A DNA stretch of 64,000 nt. Source: Felis catus. Lineage: Eukaryota. A program made the position numbers and the translations under genes. Below are positions 1 through 12,915 of this stretch, piece by piece. Location of the stretch: positions 20,276,001 to 20,340,000 of the forward strand of contig NC_058383.1 in assembly GCF_018350175.1 (NCBI RefSeq), read 5' to 3'. The notes below the pieces were generated by a model that was not told where the DNA came from, searched no databases, and was given only the letters and a program-made list of their open reading frames with translations. The first letter of the stretch is position 1, and each line of letters opens with the position of its first letter.

Positions 1-149
1 TTCTGGGACCCCCCCACCTCCAGCATGCTCTTGGCTCTCAGCTAGGGCTCCTTTTCCCCATCCTCTCTGCTTTTCTACCCTGGTGAGTAGGGATGAGCCC
101 CCTTCGATACGATCTTAAAAATCCTAGAGCCAGAGCTAATCAAATACTA

Positions 150-345
150 ACAATAGCTAACACTTACCGATCGCAGGCTATGTGCCCGATACTTAGATGC
201 TTCCCCGCGCCTCGGATCTCCACATGACCCTAAAACTTCCTTAGGGCTACTGTCCTCATCCCCATTTTATAGACGGTGACATCAGGGCCCAGAGAGGTTG
301 AGTAACTTGCCCAAGCTCATTCAGCTAGCAAGCTTGTGCAGCTGG
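150..345 (-). mobile_element. MIR (ancient SINE) remnant
   Basis: CCCATTTTATAGAC...CAGAGAGGTTGAGTAACTTGCCCAAG is the reverse complement of the MIR core. Confidence 0.75.
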
Positions 346-3244
346 GACCCCACATAGCTCACCACTACCCCCAGGGAGGACACCCTACCCCTGTCCCCAC
401 CCCCATCCATGGACTCTCACCTTTGCCCCTCACAGCTCGGATATGACAGCCAAGCCCCCAGCCCCTTTCTCTGGACCTATCTTCTCCCAGCTCAGTGCTG
501 TTGCTAGATTCTTGACAATGTCTCTCACGTGTTTGCCCTTGACCTGTGGCCTGGCGTGGGGGAATCCCAACCTGGTTTCTGGCCTCTGCCTGGACCTGGG
601 GCTGTCATCTGGAGCGCAACGGTGGCGATCATCCTCCTCAAGGTCATGGCCGCTGTGGCACAGCCTCTCCTAACCGAACCTTGCTCTGCACTTTCCTCCA
701 CCCCACCCCTTAGAACTAGGAGTCCATACGGTGGCCCCTTTCCACCCTGCCTCCTTCTGAGCCCTGTAGGGCTGCCCTCTTCCCAAGTGGGAGTCAGCAG
801 GAGCATAGCCTCTGGTCCTCACGACTAAGAGAGCTATTCTAGCAGACGTATGAGCTTACCATCTGCCATGCATTGAGCAAAGGGCTCTCTGGTATTAACT
901 CATTTAACCCTCCGTGGCGTTCTCTGAGCAGGGGTGTTGTGACTCCGTGTTGAGGTCAGGGATACTCGAGTTCAGGGCAGAAGAATTACGTGTGATGTGG
1001 CAGGGCTAAGTTTAAGTTCTGGCCTGTGGGACTCCTACGTCTGTGCTCTCCACCACGAACACCTGAACCTGCACAGAGCCCTGCATTGCCAGCCTTCCTG
1101 TCCCTTCCAGCCCCATGACTTCAGACTCCAGCCAGCACCCTCCCTGCTCCGTCCCTCGACCACCCCTTCCCATCCTGAAGGTCGTGCTGTCGGGCTTCAT
1201 TTCTTCTCCTTGATTTTATATTGTCTCCTATTCCTGTGAAGGGACCAGCCGGGAGCAACAGAGTGACAAGGGTGGGGAGGCTGGTAAGTTTCCAGAAGCT
1301 CACAGAGGCCCATCCCATCGTCCCTGCCCGCTGTCGTCTGGTCGCTGGTGCGCTCCTGGTGTGGTCCTTGGAAGCTCATTAGGGCCTGAGCCCTTTATTC
1401 TGAGTTTGGGGATCATCTCCTGCCCCCCTCTTCTCAGCACTTCCGGCCCTTGAACAACGGACACGCCACACCCCTCTCCTGTTCACCTGGGACATTTGGT
1501 CAGTAGCAAAAATTGGTTAGGGTCTGTAGAATCCTCCTCTGGTCCCCGTCCTCCACCAGGCAGGTCACAGCAGAGACGGGAGGACAGCATGAGACCCGGA
1601 AGTCACAAAACCACATGGTGAGTGTGTCCGAAAGGCCCAAGATCACTCTGGGCTCCCCCCACCCTCTGCTCACTAGGCGTCCTGGGGCAAGTTAATGCAT
1701 GTGTCGGTCTCAGTTTCCTCATTCAGGGTCAGAGCAGGGTGAGGGGAGCATGGAACCAATATTCGCTTTGTTGTGAGCAGTCCATGCGAAGGCATGGGTC
1801 CCAGGGACAGGCACATGGAGCGTCTCACTCACAGTCACGTTACTTAGTATTAATAATTGTCATAATTATATTATGCGACATTATTAAGCGCAATGATCGT
1901 TGTACTGATCCTAGTGATAATGATAATTTTTCGTGAAGATGGTGATGGTGATGGTGATGGATGGATGGATGGATGGATGATGGCCGGGAAAATTTCCCAG
2001 GGGAAATGATTCCTCAAATGAGTTTGAGAGAGTGAGAACAAGCAAAGGGCTTCGTGGAGGGAGTCGGGGCAGGAGCTACAGGGGATGCCCGAGGGACAAG
2101 AGCTTTGGCAAAGGCCCGGAGGCCGGGGAGAGCACGTGACCAGCAACCCATCACCAAAACGGGGCCCTCTGGGTCCCCTGCATAATTAACACCTTCTTCC
2201 AGCGTTTGAATCAAAAGCTGACTCTAACTCCTTACGCTGCCAAGTGCTCATTTCCAGCCCCTGGCGGCAAGCAGAGCCTATCATGCCTCCACTCTGGAAT
2301 ATTCTCTTCCCACTGTCCGGACTCAGAACTGGCTCCCCCCAGGGCGGTCCCCTCCAGGGCAAAGATGTTCAGCTCCTCAAGTATTCCTTCTGCCTTCGAG
2401 TGGTCTCAGCCACCTCGTTGCCCCCCAGATCTCTGCTTTTCACTTTGATTTCTCACCTCGTCCTTGGGCGGAAGCATATAGGGAGTCACCTGCCCCATAA
2501 TCACATTGGGGAAGACATGGGGGTCTGTAAAGGTGGTACCCCTCCACATTGTACCACTCCAAGGGCCACGTTCACCTCATGGACTTGGACAGTGAGCAGC
2601 CACCCTGTTTAAAGGCTTCAGAAGAGCCGTTTTGACTTATGAAACTCTTAAGACTGGGTTTCCAAACCCCTAAAAGTCGGTCCTTTACAACTGCCCCCTT
2701 CCAAACCGGGCTACCAGCCCCCAGCCAATCCTCCCATATCAACGGCTCCTCCTGCTGACTAAGGAGTATTTCCTTGGTCCCATCCAAGGCTTGTGAAATT
2801 GAGGTCATTTGGTCCCTAATCAGAGCCCAGACTCCAGCTGGGGGTTGAGAAGTCATCATCTCAGAGGAGGCCTGAGTGCAGGGAAGACAGCAGTAAATTG
2901 TGTGCCCGCGCCGGGGACGGTCATAAATAGACACTGTGTACGAAGTCCAGACTAGGCAGCCGGGAGAAGAGCGTATAGCCAGCAAATATCGTACGCCCCA
3001 GGTTGAGTTCTCACGGGCAGCCTCAGAAAGCCATTCCCGTGTGTAACCCCCTAACACACCCAGAGTTTGATTGGCCCCTACACCCAGAAAGCCAGGTTAT
3101 GTAAAGCGCTAAAATAATTCATAATTTCTAGAACCATTCACGATGGTTTATGAGTAATGACTACTTTTCATTGGCTGCATCCTACAGAAGAGAATTGATT
3201 GCAATGACATCTGAAACTTGCTGTGTCTTCTCTCAATGTCTCCC

Positions 3245-3692
3245 TTTTGGGAAACTAACACTTCTCTGGTCTCCGTGCTTGTGATTTCAGCGGAGGTGAA
3301 CCTTCCCCAACCCCCCAACCCCCCCAACCCCCTTCGCTCTGGGAATGGGCAGGCGACTGAGCCCCAAGCCCGTGAGGTTCGTAACCCTAGACATTGCCTG
3401 AGCTATGCGGAACGAAGGTATCCCTTTTCCCTGCAACCCCTACGTCGGGGAGAATCTAAGTCTACAGCTGCAGGTGGCCCTCTTTGCCTGAGCCCAGAGA
3501 AAGCCCATCTGGGAACGAGGCCAGGAGAAAAGAGAGCAGATCCACTCATCGGAAAGACTTGTTAACACAGAAATTTCGGATTCAGGTGTTCCACCCTTGA
3601 ACGTCCTCAATTCCTGAGCTACCAACAAATTCCTCTTTCATTACAGACTGACTGAGCTGTGCTGCTTACAGCTCAAGGTTCGTGACCCAGAC
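3245..3692 (+). mobile_element. LTR16-like ERVL solo LTR, highly diverged
   Basis: 3' end AACAAATTCCTCTTT...TGAGCTG...GTTCGTGACCCAGACA resembles the LTR16 terminus. Confidence 0.5.
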
Positions 3693-3699
3693 ACCACTC

Positions 3700-3923
3700 T
3701 TTTTTTTTTAATTTTTTTTTTTCAACATTTATTTCTTTTTGGGACAGAGAGAGACAGAGCATGAAGGGGGGAGGGGCAGAGAGAGAGGGAGACACAGAAT
3801 CGGAAACAGGCTCCAGGCTCTGAGCCATCAGCCCAGAGCCCGACGCGGGGCTCGAACTCACGGACCGCGAGATCGTGACCTGGCTGAAGTCGGACGCTTA
3901 ACCGACTGCGCCACCCAGGCGCC
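3700..3923 (-). mobile_element. Can-SINE, young felid SINEC_Fc type
   Basis: Reverse complement of GGCGCCTGGGTGGCGCAGTCGGTTAAGCGTCCGACTTCAGCCAGGTCACG..., (CT)n segment and A tail; flanked by T tracts. Confidence 0.95.
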
Positions 3924-4309
3924 TTTTTTTTTTTTTTTTTTTTTTTGCAGAATTCTTAATTCGATATTTAAAAATGGCAGTGATATAAATTCCTGGCCAT
4001 TGTCAAGTGGCTAGAGTGCCCTTAAGACTAAGGTTGGACGAGGCTAAGATTTCAGTTATTTGTCTTTCTACATAAGTAACGTCTACCTTTTCCTCGAACC
4101 TTCAGGAACGTCTTGCATACGCGTTCAGCTGGGTTGGCGGTTTCGAGACAAACCCACGGGGAAACAAACCTGCTGCATCAAAGAGCCAATGAAAACAAAA
4201 CACCCAGAGAAGATGATAGAACATTAGTATGAGCCCGAGACTATAGGAAGAATGGGTCTGTAGTCCCCTGCGGTGGTCAAAGCTGTAAGTGAAGGTCGCT
4301 CCTCTGCTG

Positions 4310-6197
4310 ACAACGAGAAAAAGCCAGATAATCTGCAAGATGCTAGTTTTTGGAGCCCAACAGAAAGCTAAGGCTACAAGAAAAATATAGGTCACTGAAT
4401 TCCAAAGGGCAACAGTTTCCTCTAAGGGGAGAGGGGACCCACGAGAGGTTACATCTTTGCCGGAGCCCAGCAAGAGGCGGTCCACCAGGAGAGAGCAATG
4501 ATAAAACAGTAAACATTTTCAAGAGTCTTTTGAAAAATGTTCATTTATTTTTGAGAGAGATCGAGAACGCACTCGTGCGAGCAGGGAAGGGGGGCAGAGA
4601 GAAAGAGGGAGACAGAGAATCCCAAGCAGGCTCCACGCTGTGGGCACAGAGCCCGACTAGGGGCTCCAACCCCTGAATTGTGAGATCATGACCTGTGCCT
4701 AAATCAAGAGTTAGACGCTTATGCGACAGCCACCCGGGGGCCCCTAAACTTTTTTTAAGGATTCCTGAGAACAAAGCCAGGGCAAGCACGACAGCCTAGA
4801 ACCCTTGGGCACTCCCTAAATCTAAAGGAAGTCTGTACCCACCAAGGGGATTTGTTCCACGGACCTCCACTTGTTACTCACTAGGACCCCCTCAGTGCCC
4901 CGGTTCCACAGACCCTGCCACCGTCTGAAGAGTGGAACCAGAGTACCCAAGGAAGCCATTTCTGCCTCAGGGCCTCATGTCAAGACAGACAGGAAACCAA
5001 CCACCTTACCATAAACCTTCCGCCGATGCAAAGCAAAACTCGAATCCACCGCAGGAGGGGCAGGAACCACCCCGGCCCCAGGCCCGCCCTTCCTTTGGAC
5101 ACAAGACCAAAGTCGTGTGCTCCTTGGGAAGACATAGCAAAACCCACCTGCCACCTGGCTCTGCCTTGACACTGGGAAACCATCAAATGCCGCTGGGAGA
5201 AGGATAAAATCTACCCCCCCTCCGTACTGCAGGCCATCGGCTGCTGGGATTAGTAGCAGAAAACTTGCTTTATACAAGGTATAGTTCAGCTGCCACGGAG
5301 TAGAGGACTGGCGGACAGGAAGCTTGCCTGGGCTCTAGACCTCGCCTGGGGCGGAGACTGTCAGAGGAGGATGGGTGGGAGGCCGAGAGAGCCCCACCCC
5401 CGGAGATCGGGTGCACAGATCTACCTAAGGCAAAGTCTAGAACATCTGAGAAACTCCCTGCCCTATCATTAGCCTCGTGTGAGCAACAGAAGTCAACTGC
5501 CGGGTGCAAGAGAAGGTGCTCCACATTTGGAGCAGGTTCGGACGGCCTGCTCAGAGTGCAAGAGGGATACTGAGGAAAACCCTTCTGAATCCTAGGCCTC
5601 AGACTCAACATGAGGTCGTGGCTCCTGGAGGAATCTGAAGTGTCACCCCGAGGTTACTGGCAGCCGTAACAGCAACGATACAATTAAACCTGGTTCAACT
5701 GTAGGCGATATTGACTCCACCTCCGATACAGAAGACTTGGTGGAAAGAAAGGCATGCCCGTGTCTAGATATCGACACAATGGACTTCAGTCTTTCTTGTT
5801 CTGTTGCACACAGTATTCGGCATGTAATACAAAATTAAGAGAAGTGTTAAAAAAAGAAACAGGAAAAAAAAAAAAAAGCGCCCACTACCGAAAGATAAAA
5901 TAGTCAACAAGCCCGGCCCCGGGGAAGGTGCGGGTGTTGTGACTGTCGGAGGGGGCCTTTAAAGTTAGTATGTTGGAGGGTCTAGCGGGCAAGACATCGT
6001 GAAGAAACAAATGGGGGATTCTAGCAGGGATGGCAGCTATAAAAAGATGGAATGAAAATGAAAAACACGATGTCAGAGATGAATAATTCTTGGAACGGGC
6101 TTCCCAGCAGAATGGACCTAGAAGATGAAGTCATTAGTTCACTTGATTGTAGGTTAATAGAAACCAATCAAACTGGAAAAACAGAGAAAAATTAAAG
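4310..6197 (+). mobile_element. Ancient L1 (L1M-type) 5' UTR plus ORF1 start, interrupted by a SINE
   Basis: 5820-6197 is A-rich ORF1-like sequence (AAAAACACGATGTCAGAGATGAATAATTC...GGGCTTCCCAGCAGAATGGAC...ATAGAAACCAATCAAACTG), preceded by GC-richer 5' UTR-like sequence. Confidence 0.65.
4528..4744 (-). mobile_element. Can-SINE (older subfamily)
   Basis: GAGAATCCCAAGCAGGCTCC...GAGATCATGACCTG...AGCCACCCGGGGGCCCC. Confidence 0.9.
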
Positions 6198-6290
6198 AAG
6201 AAGAAGAAGGGGGAGGAGGAGGGAGGGGAGGAGAAGGACGAGGAGGAAGAGAAGTGGGGAGGAGGGGGAGGAAGAAGAAGACGGGGAGAA
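6195..6290. repeat. Polypurine (GAA/GGA)n low-complexity tract
   Basis: Near-pure A/G run of about 95 bp. Confidence 0.85.
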
Positions 6291-6737
6291 GATTTGATTT
6301 TTCAGGAAAATAAATATCGGCGGCCGCGTTTCCTATTCCAAAGCTGTGCTGTAAAACTTCCCTAGAGGCCCGCACTCCCTCTGCACGTTTCCGGTTCCTC
6401 TGAAATCCAAAGCCTGCGGACTTAACAACTTTCGGACAGGTGGAGCTTGCCCACGCTCCAGGGGTGAGTGTGGGTGGCCCGAACCCACGCATTCAAATTT
6501 TAGGGGTTGAAATCTGGGACATGTGAGCTCCTGGCTGTAGCAAATCATCTTTTGCTGCTTAGAAGACGATCTCGGAATCTCGGGGGATTTCAGGTCTGCA
6601 AGTCAATGGCAGTGTGGCCCATCTACACTGGATCCAGCTGGGTAGCTGTTTTCCGCTCCCAGTCAGCTAGGTAGGGGCTGAGCTGCCTCTGTTCTGTGAA
6701 TTCTGTCCTCCCCGTACCAGAAGCCACCAGGGTCCCG

Positions 6738-7235
6738 CGTCAAAGAAAAAAAAAATTCATGTCTTTGCTGGGGATGGTAAGGCCAACTTTCTTCAAGGGG
6801 GCGCCATTGGGGTCTGGCGGTGGTGGAGAGAGATCGGGTTCCACCCCAAATATGGTAAGGAAAGAGGGATTCACAGCGGAGAGCAGGGTAGGGGGCCAAT
6901 GGATGGAAAAATAATAAGAGGAAATATCAAGGGTAAGGTTGCGGCGAGGGGTGGGGGGGTGAGGGGGTGGAGGGCAGTGGTGGGGGGGTGGATTCTGGCT
7001 AAACCAGCCTAGTGGGATTCCTGCCGAAGGCAGGCCAGGGCGATCAGACATCACTGGGGGCTGATGGGTAAAAGACTGAATATGCACCCAAGGCTGTCAG
7101 GCTGCTAGGCAGGAAGAGGCATTCTGGCTAAGGCTGGACAACCCAGAGATACACCCAGGTGTCCAAAGGTTGAAGCCTAGCTGAGAAGCTCAGGGGAGAC
7201 CCAGTCAAGTTTGGTCAGAGACAGAATCTTTGTCA
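6738..7235 (-). mobile_element. MER31/MER67-group ERV1 solo LTR
   Basis: Minus strand begins TGACAAAGATTCTGTCTCTGACCAAACTTG, contains GTTTAGCCAGAATCC and CCTTGATAT, and ends CATGAATTTTTTTTTTCTTTGAC. Confidence 0.8.
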
Positions 7236-8298
7236 CGTCACCAGGACACGTTTGCCAGGCCAAAATACAACGGCATTCTTGGGGCCGCCTTTGGGTCACA
7301 TGTGAATATCTCCTCGGACGCCCCAAGTCCCGTAGCTGAACCCCCAAATCAACAGTGTGGGGGGAAGCACACCCTTCCTACAATACTTTGTAGAAGATCC
7401 CAAATCTTACACTACTGATGTGAACTTACTTAACTTTGAGCCTCGGTTTCCTCCTCTAAAAATGTAATCTTCGCCCTAATCCAATAGTGCATCGGTGAGA
7501 CTCGAGCGAAATAAAAATACAAAGCACTTAGCCTCCTGGCTCACAGTAGATGTTCGAGATCGGCGCTCCCTCCAAGCCACGTATTCATTTAGCAAATATC
7601 CTCAGCAGGATGCACCAACATCGAATTTTTAAAGAACTCTTGTTATGCAAAGCTTCAGCCTGGTTGAGAAAGTGAGAAATTTGAAGAATAAGCTGTCTTC
7701 CAGTGAGGGATTGTTTTGCAAGAAACCCAAACACTCCTCCTGAAACTCAAATTTAATTAAATCTGTCAAGATGTTCCTCCCCAAGGCCAGGGAGCAGAAA
7801 AAGGCAAAGGTGCTCCTGAGATCAAATTACCTTGGAGATAAAAACTGTAAGGCCCGTTGTCCAGTCTGCGGGGGACATGGTGAGCTTGGGTCCCTAGACG
7901 GCTGCTCATGGCAGGTGGTCTAAGCCTCGCCTTTTGGGGCAGGTGGGTATCTAGGAAGTATCCAGGGCACCTTGGCCGTGGAGCGTATTTAGCGGAGATC
8001 AGCACCGAGAGGTCGTCCCGCCCACACCGCGAACCCACATGGCCCCAGGAGTGCATCCTGGAGGGATGAGTGGCCGTACCCTGGAGGCGGAGAGGCCGTT
8101 CTACCTGCTGGATTGCAAAGGTCTCAGGAGGTGGCGATACCACGCCTCTGGCTTCCAAGGGCACGATGGCCAGTTCAGGAAGAACCAGGTTTTCGTAGTT
8201 GTCACAGGCGGTAGTTTCGGCCCGAAGTCTTAAGGCGCGTGAGTTCCATTCCCACCAAGAGACAATCGGCTCCTTTGCAGGTGAACGGGCATTTCAGG

Positions 8299-8467
8299 TG
8301 GGGTTGCCAGATGCGATACAGGATGCCCAGTTGAATTTGAATTTCCGGTAAACAACTCATTCTTTCTTTCGTAATCGGTCAAGCGATACTAAATAAAGAC
8401 TCCGTGTTTCTGGAATGCAAGCTTGCCTGGCCTTTCGAAGTTTTACTTGGTAAATCGAGCAATCCTA
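8299..8467. mobile_element. MER53 hAT-type MITE
   Basis: GGGTTGCCAGAT...CCAGTTGAATTTGAATTTC at left; degenerate inverted terminus AAATCGAGCAATCCTA at right. Confidence 0.8.
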
Positions 8468-8562
8468 ATTCCAGGAGGCAGAGGGTCCTCGGGAGAGGAA
8501 AGATGAAGCTGATATGAGAGACTTGAATGAGTCATAGCAGGGGCGCCTAAGATGGTCTAGGA

Positions 8563-8787
8563 GGGGCGCCTGGGCGGCTCAGTGGGTTGAGCGTCCGGTT
8601 TCCACTCCGGTCAGGATCTCGCGGTTTGTGAGTTCGAGCCCTGCGTCGGGCTCGCTGCTGTCGGCCTGTCGGTGCAGAGCTCGCTTCGGATCTTCTGTCC
8701 CTCTCTCTCTGCTCCTTCCCCCCCTTGCGCTCTCTCAACATCAATAAATAAGCATATATATAAATATATATATACATACATATGTAA
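8563..8787 (+). mobile_element. Can-SINE with (TA)n tail
   Basis: GGGGCGCCTGGGCGGCTCAG head; TSD ATGGTCTAGG on both sides. Confidence 0.92.
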
Positions 8788-10707
8788 AATGGTCTAGGGG
8801 AGTCAGGGGGGCTCTGAAGGGAGTGCCATTTAAGAAGAGACCCATGAGATACAGAATCGCTCGCGTGGGAGGTGAGAGTGGGCGTTGGGTCCTGTGCAGG
8901 AATGGCCAAGGTCAAGGTAGCAAAGGTATCACGCACAGTTTTATGGAAACAAGAGCCAGCACACCATGTTCAAGACAAGGCAACAATTCCGACCTGGACG
9001 GATTGCAGGGCGCGGGAGGGAAGTGCTGGGGTGAATCGGCTGACCGGGGTTAGATCCAGTCCCAGGATGTTCTTAGCAAAATCAGAGCCCGGCTTCTATG
9101 AGCACGAACGAGTAAACTCACAGACGCTACCTCCTTGATCCTCAACGACCTTGGGAAATACACCGTGCGACCCCATGTCACACATCTCCATCAGCCTCAG
9201 AGGTACCCGCGCAGCCTCAGCCCCTTGCAGAGGGAGGTTGCGCTCCAAAAGGCACCAGCTCAACCCAGTTGTTTCCTCCCTTGCGAGGTCCAGATGCGGG
9301 GAGACAGAACAGGGGTGCGCGCTCCAAACGCACTCACTGAACGGGCCTTGGCAGGGTTTGGCAATTGTCCTGCTTCTCAGGGAATGTGCTGAGCGTCCGA
9401 GAACCCGGGAGGCTGGCGAGCCGTGTGACCCCTTGGCTGATGGATGAATTCCTTCCGCACTTTATGATCCCCTATGTTCTCAAAACCCATTTACAACAAG
9501 CTAAGTGATCTCTGAGTGGCTGCTCTTTAAATCCCGGGAGACAGACCGGCTGGATTACAGCCCGCGGGGTTTCTCGGCAGGCCAGCGCCGCAAAGTGAGA
9601 ACGGGCTTGGACCCAGAACAACGTGGCACATTGGAGATCGATGCCCATGAGCTCCCTTGGACCGATGCTGGAATTGGCCGATTATACTCCACCTTAGGCA
9701 CCACGCAGAATATTTACCGTCTGCTACCCTGACCTTCTGATCCATGACAACATATCAGCGTGACCACCACGTCTCTTCTAGCCCGGATGCCTCAACCCTG
9801 TAGAGAGGGAGGAACACAGTTGGAGCCAGTTTGGGTAGGGATAACTCGGTTGGATCCTCCTGCTATTTTCGAGGACCAAACCAGTGCTGAGGACCAGAGG
9901 AGGCGACAGGAACACACAGTGCTCCTGCCTCCTGACACAATTACCTCTTTCCTTCTTATCGGCCACCGGAAACTGGCCATCCCATAGCGTTCCCTACCAG
10001 GGAGTCTGGGCCCGTTTATACATCCAGACAGGAGGGTGTACCAAGCCGGGGGCTCAGGCCTCACAGAGGCTCTCAAGTATTTTAAAGAAATACACGATCA
10101 CGAAGGAACTGATGAACGGTCTGGGAGGGAATGAGAAAACAGAGAAAGGGACATGTGGTTGGAGGCAGCTGACTGCTACTACCTAAACTACCGTCTAGGT
10201 CACCGTCCAAGAGGTCTTGGTGAACTTGATCTTGACCCAAGATGGAGTCATCGTGGAAAAGGAATGGAGAGGAGGGTTTGGGCAGCACCGTGGCTTGGGG
10301 CTCGGCTAGTGGGGCAGGTCCGTGGTGACGATCAGCAGCCACCACTCAATTCAGTGTCACGTAACCCAGCGGAAATCGATTCATTATATCCTCTGTCTGG
10401 GCATCAGTTTCCTTACAATGGGGATTATAATATCATCTGCATCATAGAGCTGTTCATTCACTCCACCAACATTTTTTTGAGCGCTGATCGCTAATGTTGT
10501 TTAACGTGTTCTTCCGGGCAATGAACACATGACACGGAACGAGACAGTGGATCCCTGCTTCGCCTCCTCAACCACTCATGTTCCAACACTGCAAGGGCGG
10601 GGGGGGGGGGCAGATATAAATAACTATGCAGATAAATGAACTTGACCATGTGGTAGAGTGCTGAGCACCACTAAAGGAATGAAGGAATATTCTGCCGAGG
10701 CGGTATT

Positions 10708-10880
10708 TATTTATGCATTTTCTATATTAGATATAATTTATTGCCCAGTTGGTTTCCATACAACACCCAGCGCTCAGCCCAAGAGGCGCCCTCCTCGATG
10801 CCCATCGCCCACCCTCCCCTCCCTCCCACCCCCCATCAGCCCTCAGTATGTTCTCAGTATTCAAGAGTCTCTTATGGGTG
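10708..10880 (-). mobile_element. Felid/carnivore L1 3' UTR fragment, 5'-truncated
   Basis: GGTTTCCATACAACACCCAG...AAGAGTCTCTTATGG, homologous to 63772-63905; TSD GAGGCGGTATT at 10697 and 10886. Confidence 0.9.
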
Positions 10881-11004
10881 GCGCAGAGGCGGTATTCAGC
10901 TTGCGGCCAGGAGGATGACGCTTTTTGAAGAGCCTTGTAAGAACGTTCCAGGAAGCAGGTGCAAAAGGCCTGGAAATAGGGGGATCCACACGTTTGAGGA
11001 TAAC

Positions 11005-11665
11005 TGACGAGACGCACGTGGCTCACTGACCCGGGGCTCAGCGCGCGACAAGTGTTAAGCGGGCAGTAGCCTTGACGGTGAGGAGGAGGAGGAGGAGGAG
11101 GAGGTCACGAACTGCCACCACGGTCTGGCCGGGCGGGAGCAAGGCGCAACCTCTCTGGGACAGGAGCGGCGGGACCCAGGCTGTGTGTGCCGTCGCTCAG
11201 AGCAGATGCGCGGACAACGTCAGTGAGGTGGAGGGTAAGGTTTCCACGCGGTGGGAGAACCTCGCCTGGGCTCACCGGACCCTCATCTGTGCACCGGGGG
11301 ACTGAGGGACAAAGGGGTTCCTGACCAGCACTTTCCGCAACGGCCGTCCGCGGCCCTGGGGCTAGCTGGCGTTGAGGCCGCGGGCTGGAAGCGATGCTTT
11401 CTTAGCTGCCAAGCCCAGCCGCACGCAAGCTTGCGCCCCCCGTGAGCAAGTCGCCCGTCTAATCCACAGCCCCAGGACCCTTCGTTCCATGTCCTTCGGC
11501 AGCTCTGGCAGCCCAGCCCCAGCTCAGAGGGAGTCCGGAGCTGAGTTTATCAACACACAGGCGCCCGCCGAGAGGCTGGAGGGGGAGCCCCGTCGCTGAC
11601 CACGTCCTCGTCGAGCATCCTTGCCGGAGACACTCTGGTGCCACATCTCATGACCGCTCCGAGAA
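11005..11665. promoter_or_regulatory. CpG-island-like region, including a (GAG)8 run
   Basis: Roughly 60 CpGs in ~660 bp by hand count, GC about two-thirds; no associated exon recognised. Confidence 0.55.
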
Positions 11666-12465
11666 GGTCTCCTTGCAAAACTTGTCTCTTTCCAACATCT
11701 CCTTCTAAGCGGGCTCAGACTTCCGTGGGGCCGGCTCCAGTCCTCCGACGCTGGGACATTTATATTTGATGGTGTTGGGATGAATTATGCACACACCCCA
11801 CCGAGCATCGATTTAATGAGGGGATTTCTTTTCTGTTCCTCGCGTTGGCTTTGAATGGATTCTAGCCTTTGAATTAAGCATTGGCTCAGCCACTCGACGC
11901 CACGGGGGATGCAGAGAGAGAAGCTGTCCTCCCAACTGGGGGCTTAGGGGTGGCTGTTTGGGTAGTCAGCTCCCTGTACAGGGTTGCTCCGTCTGGATCT
12001 TATTTCTGGGGCTCGGGTCAGTCCAGTGATGTGGGCCTCTTTAGGAGCCAGAGAGCAAAGAGCAGGCTGTGCTAGGTGAGAAGCACGAGTACAGCCCCGG
12101 GAGCGGGCTCGACCCAAAGGCCACAGCCGAGGAAGTGCAGTTCGGACGGGAGAACACAGAGCTGCAGACAGGAACGGTGTCACGGGCTCAGGGACGACGG
12201 CAGTCCCGGCCCGACATCTGTTCCCTTTTATTCTGCTATCCACGGCTTGAGGTTTCTTAGAGGGCAATCACTGCTCCATTTCCAACTCCTACGGTACAAG
12301 GAAGGGCTGGCTGTAGCCCTTGTCTCAAAGAGTGAGCCAGCCGACCAGAGCCTTACGCTCTTTTGGGGACATCATGAAGGCGGGTGTGGTCACACGACAC
12401 CCAAACTGGAATCGGTCCTGCAGTGTTTGCAAGACAGGATGGAGAGATGTTTGGGGGGCGGGGGC

Positions 12466-12674
12466 GGGGCGCCCGGGTGGCTCATTCCGCTAAGCGTCCT
12501 ACTCTTGGATTCGGCTGGCTGGGGTCACGATCTCACGGTTTCGTGGGTTCCAGCCCCGCGTCGGGCTCCCCCGCGCTGACTGTGTGGAGCCTGCTTGGGA
12601 TTTTTTCGTCTATCTTTCTGCTCCTCCTGCATCCAGGCTGTCTCTGTCTCTTTCAAAGTAAATAAACTTAAAAA
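12466..12674 (+). mobile_element. Can-SINE
   Basis: GGGGCGCCCGGGTGGCTCA head; GGAGCCTGCTTGGGA body; A-rich tail. Confidence 0.88.
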
Positions 12675-12915
12675 TTTTTTTTAGATTTTTTTTTTTTTTT
12701 AAATCTCTGCAGCCGCTGAGGAGTAGAACGTGTATTCGGGGAGCTGCTGTGCGCAACCACAGGGACAGGACCGTGGCCATCAGGTCACTGGTCAACAGAA
12801 AAGAAAAGCGTATTGCAGAGAAATAGAGGGCAGTACTGAACGGCCATGACCCGAATTGAGTTGCTGGATCCAGCCACACCTAAAGCTAGGTATAAATTAA
12901 GACACTGCGTCTTTT

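Noticed and set aside
2572..3057. 161-aa minus-strand ORF as a possible gag or viral relic
   Set aside because: No recognisable motif or adjacent retroviral genes; non-ATG start. tBLASTn/HMMER would settle it.
3655..3696. tRNA-like hairpin GAGCTGT/ACAGCTC followed by GGTTCG...CCA
   Set aside because: No acceptor or D stem; it coincides with the 3' terminus of the LTR16-like element.
11072..11305. Poly-Arg ORF resembling a protamine or nuclear localisation signal
   Set aside because: It is the translation of a (GAG)n microsatellite, with a non-ATG start.
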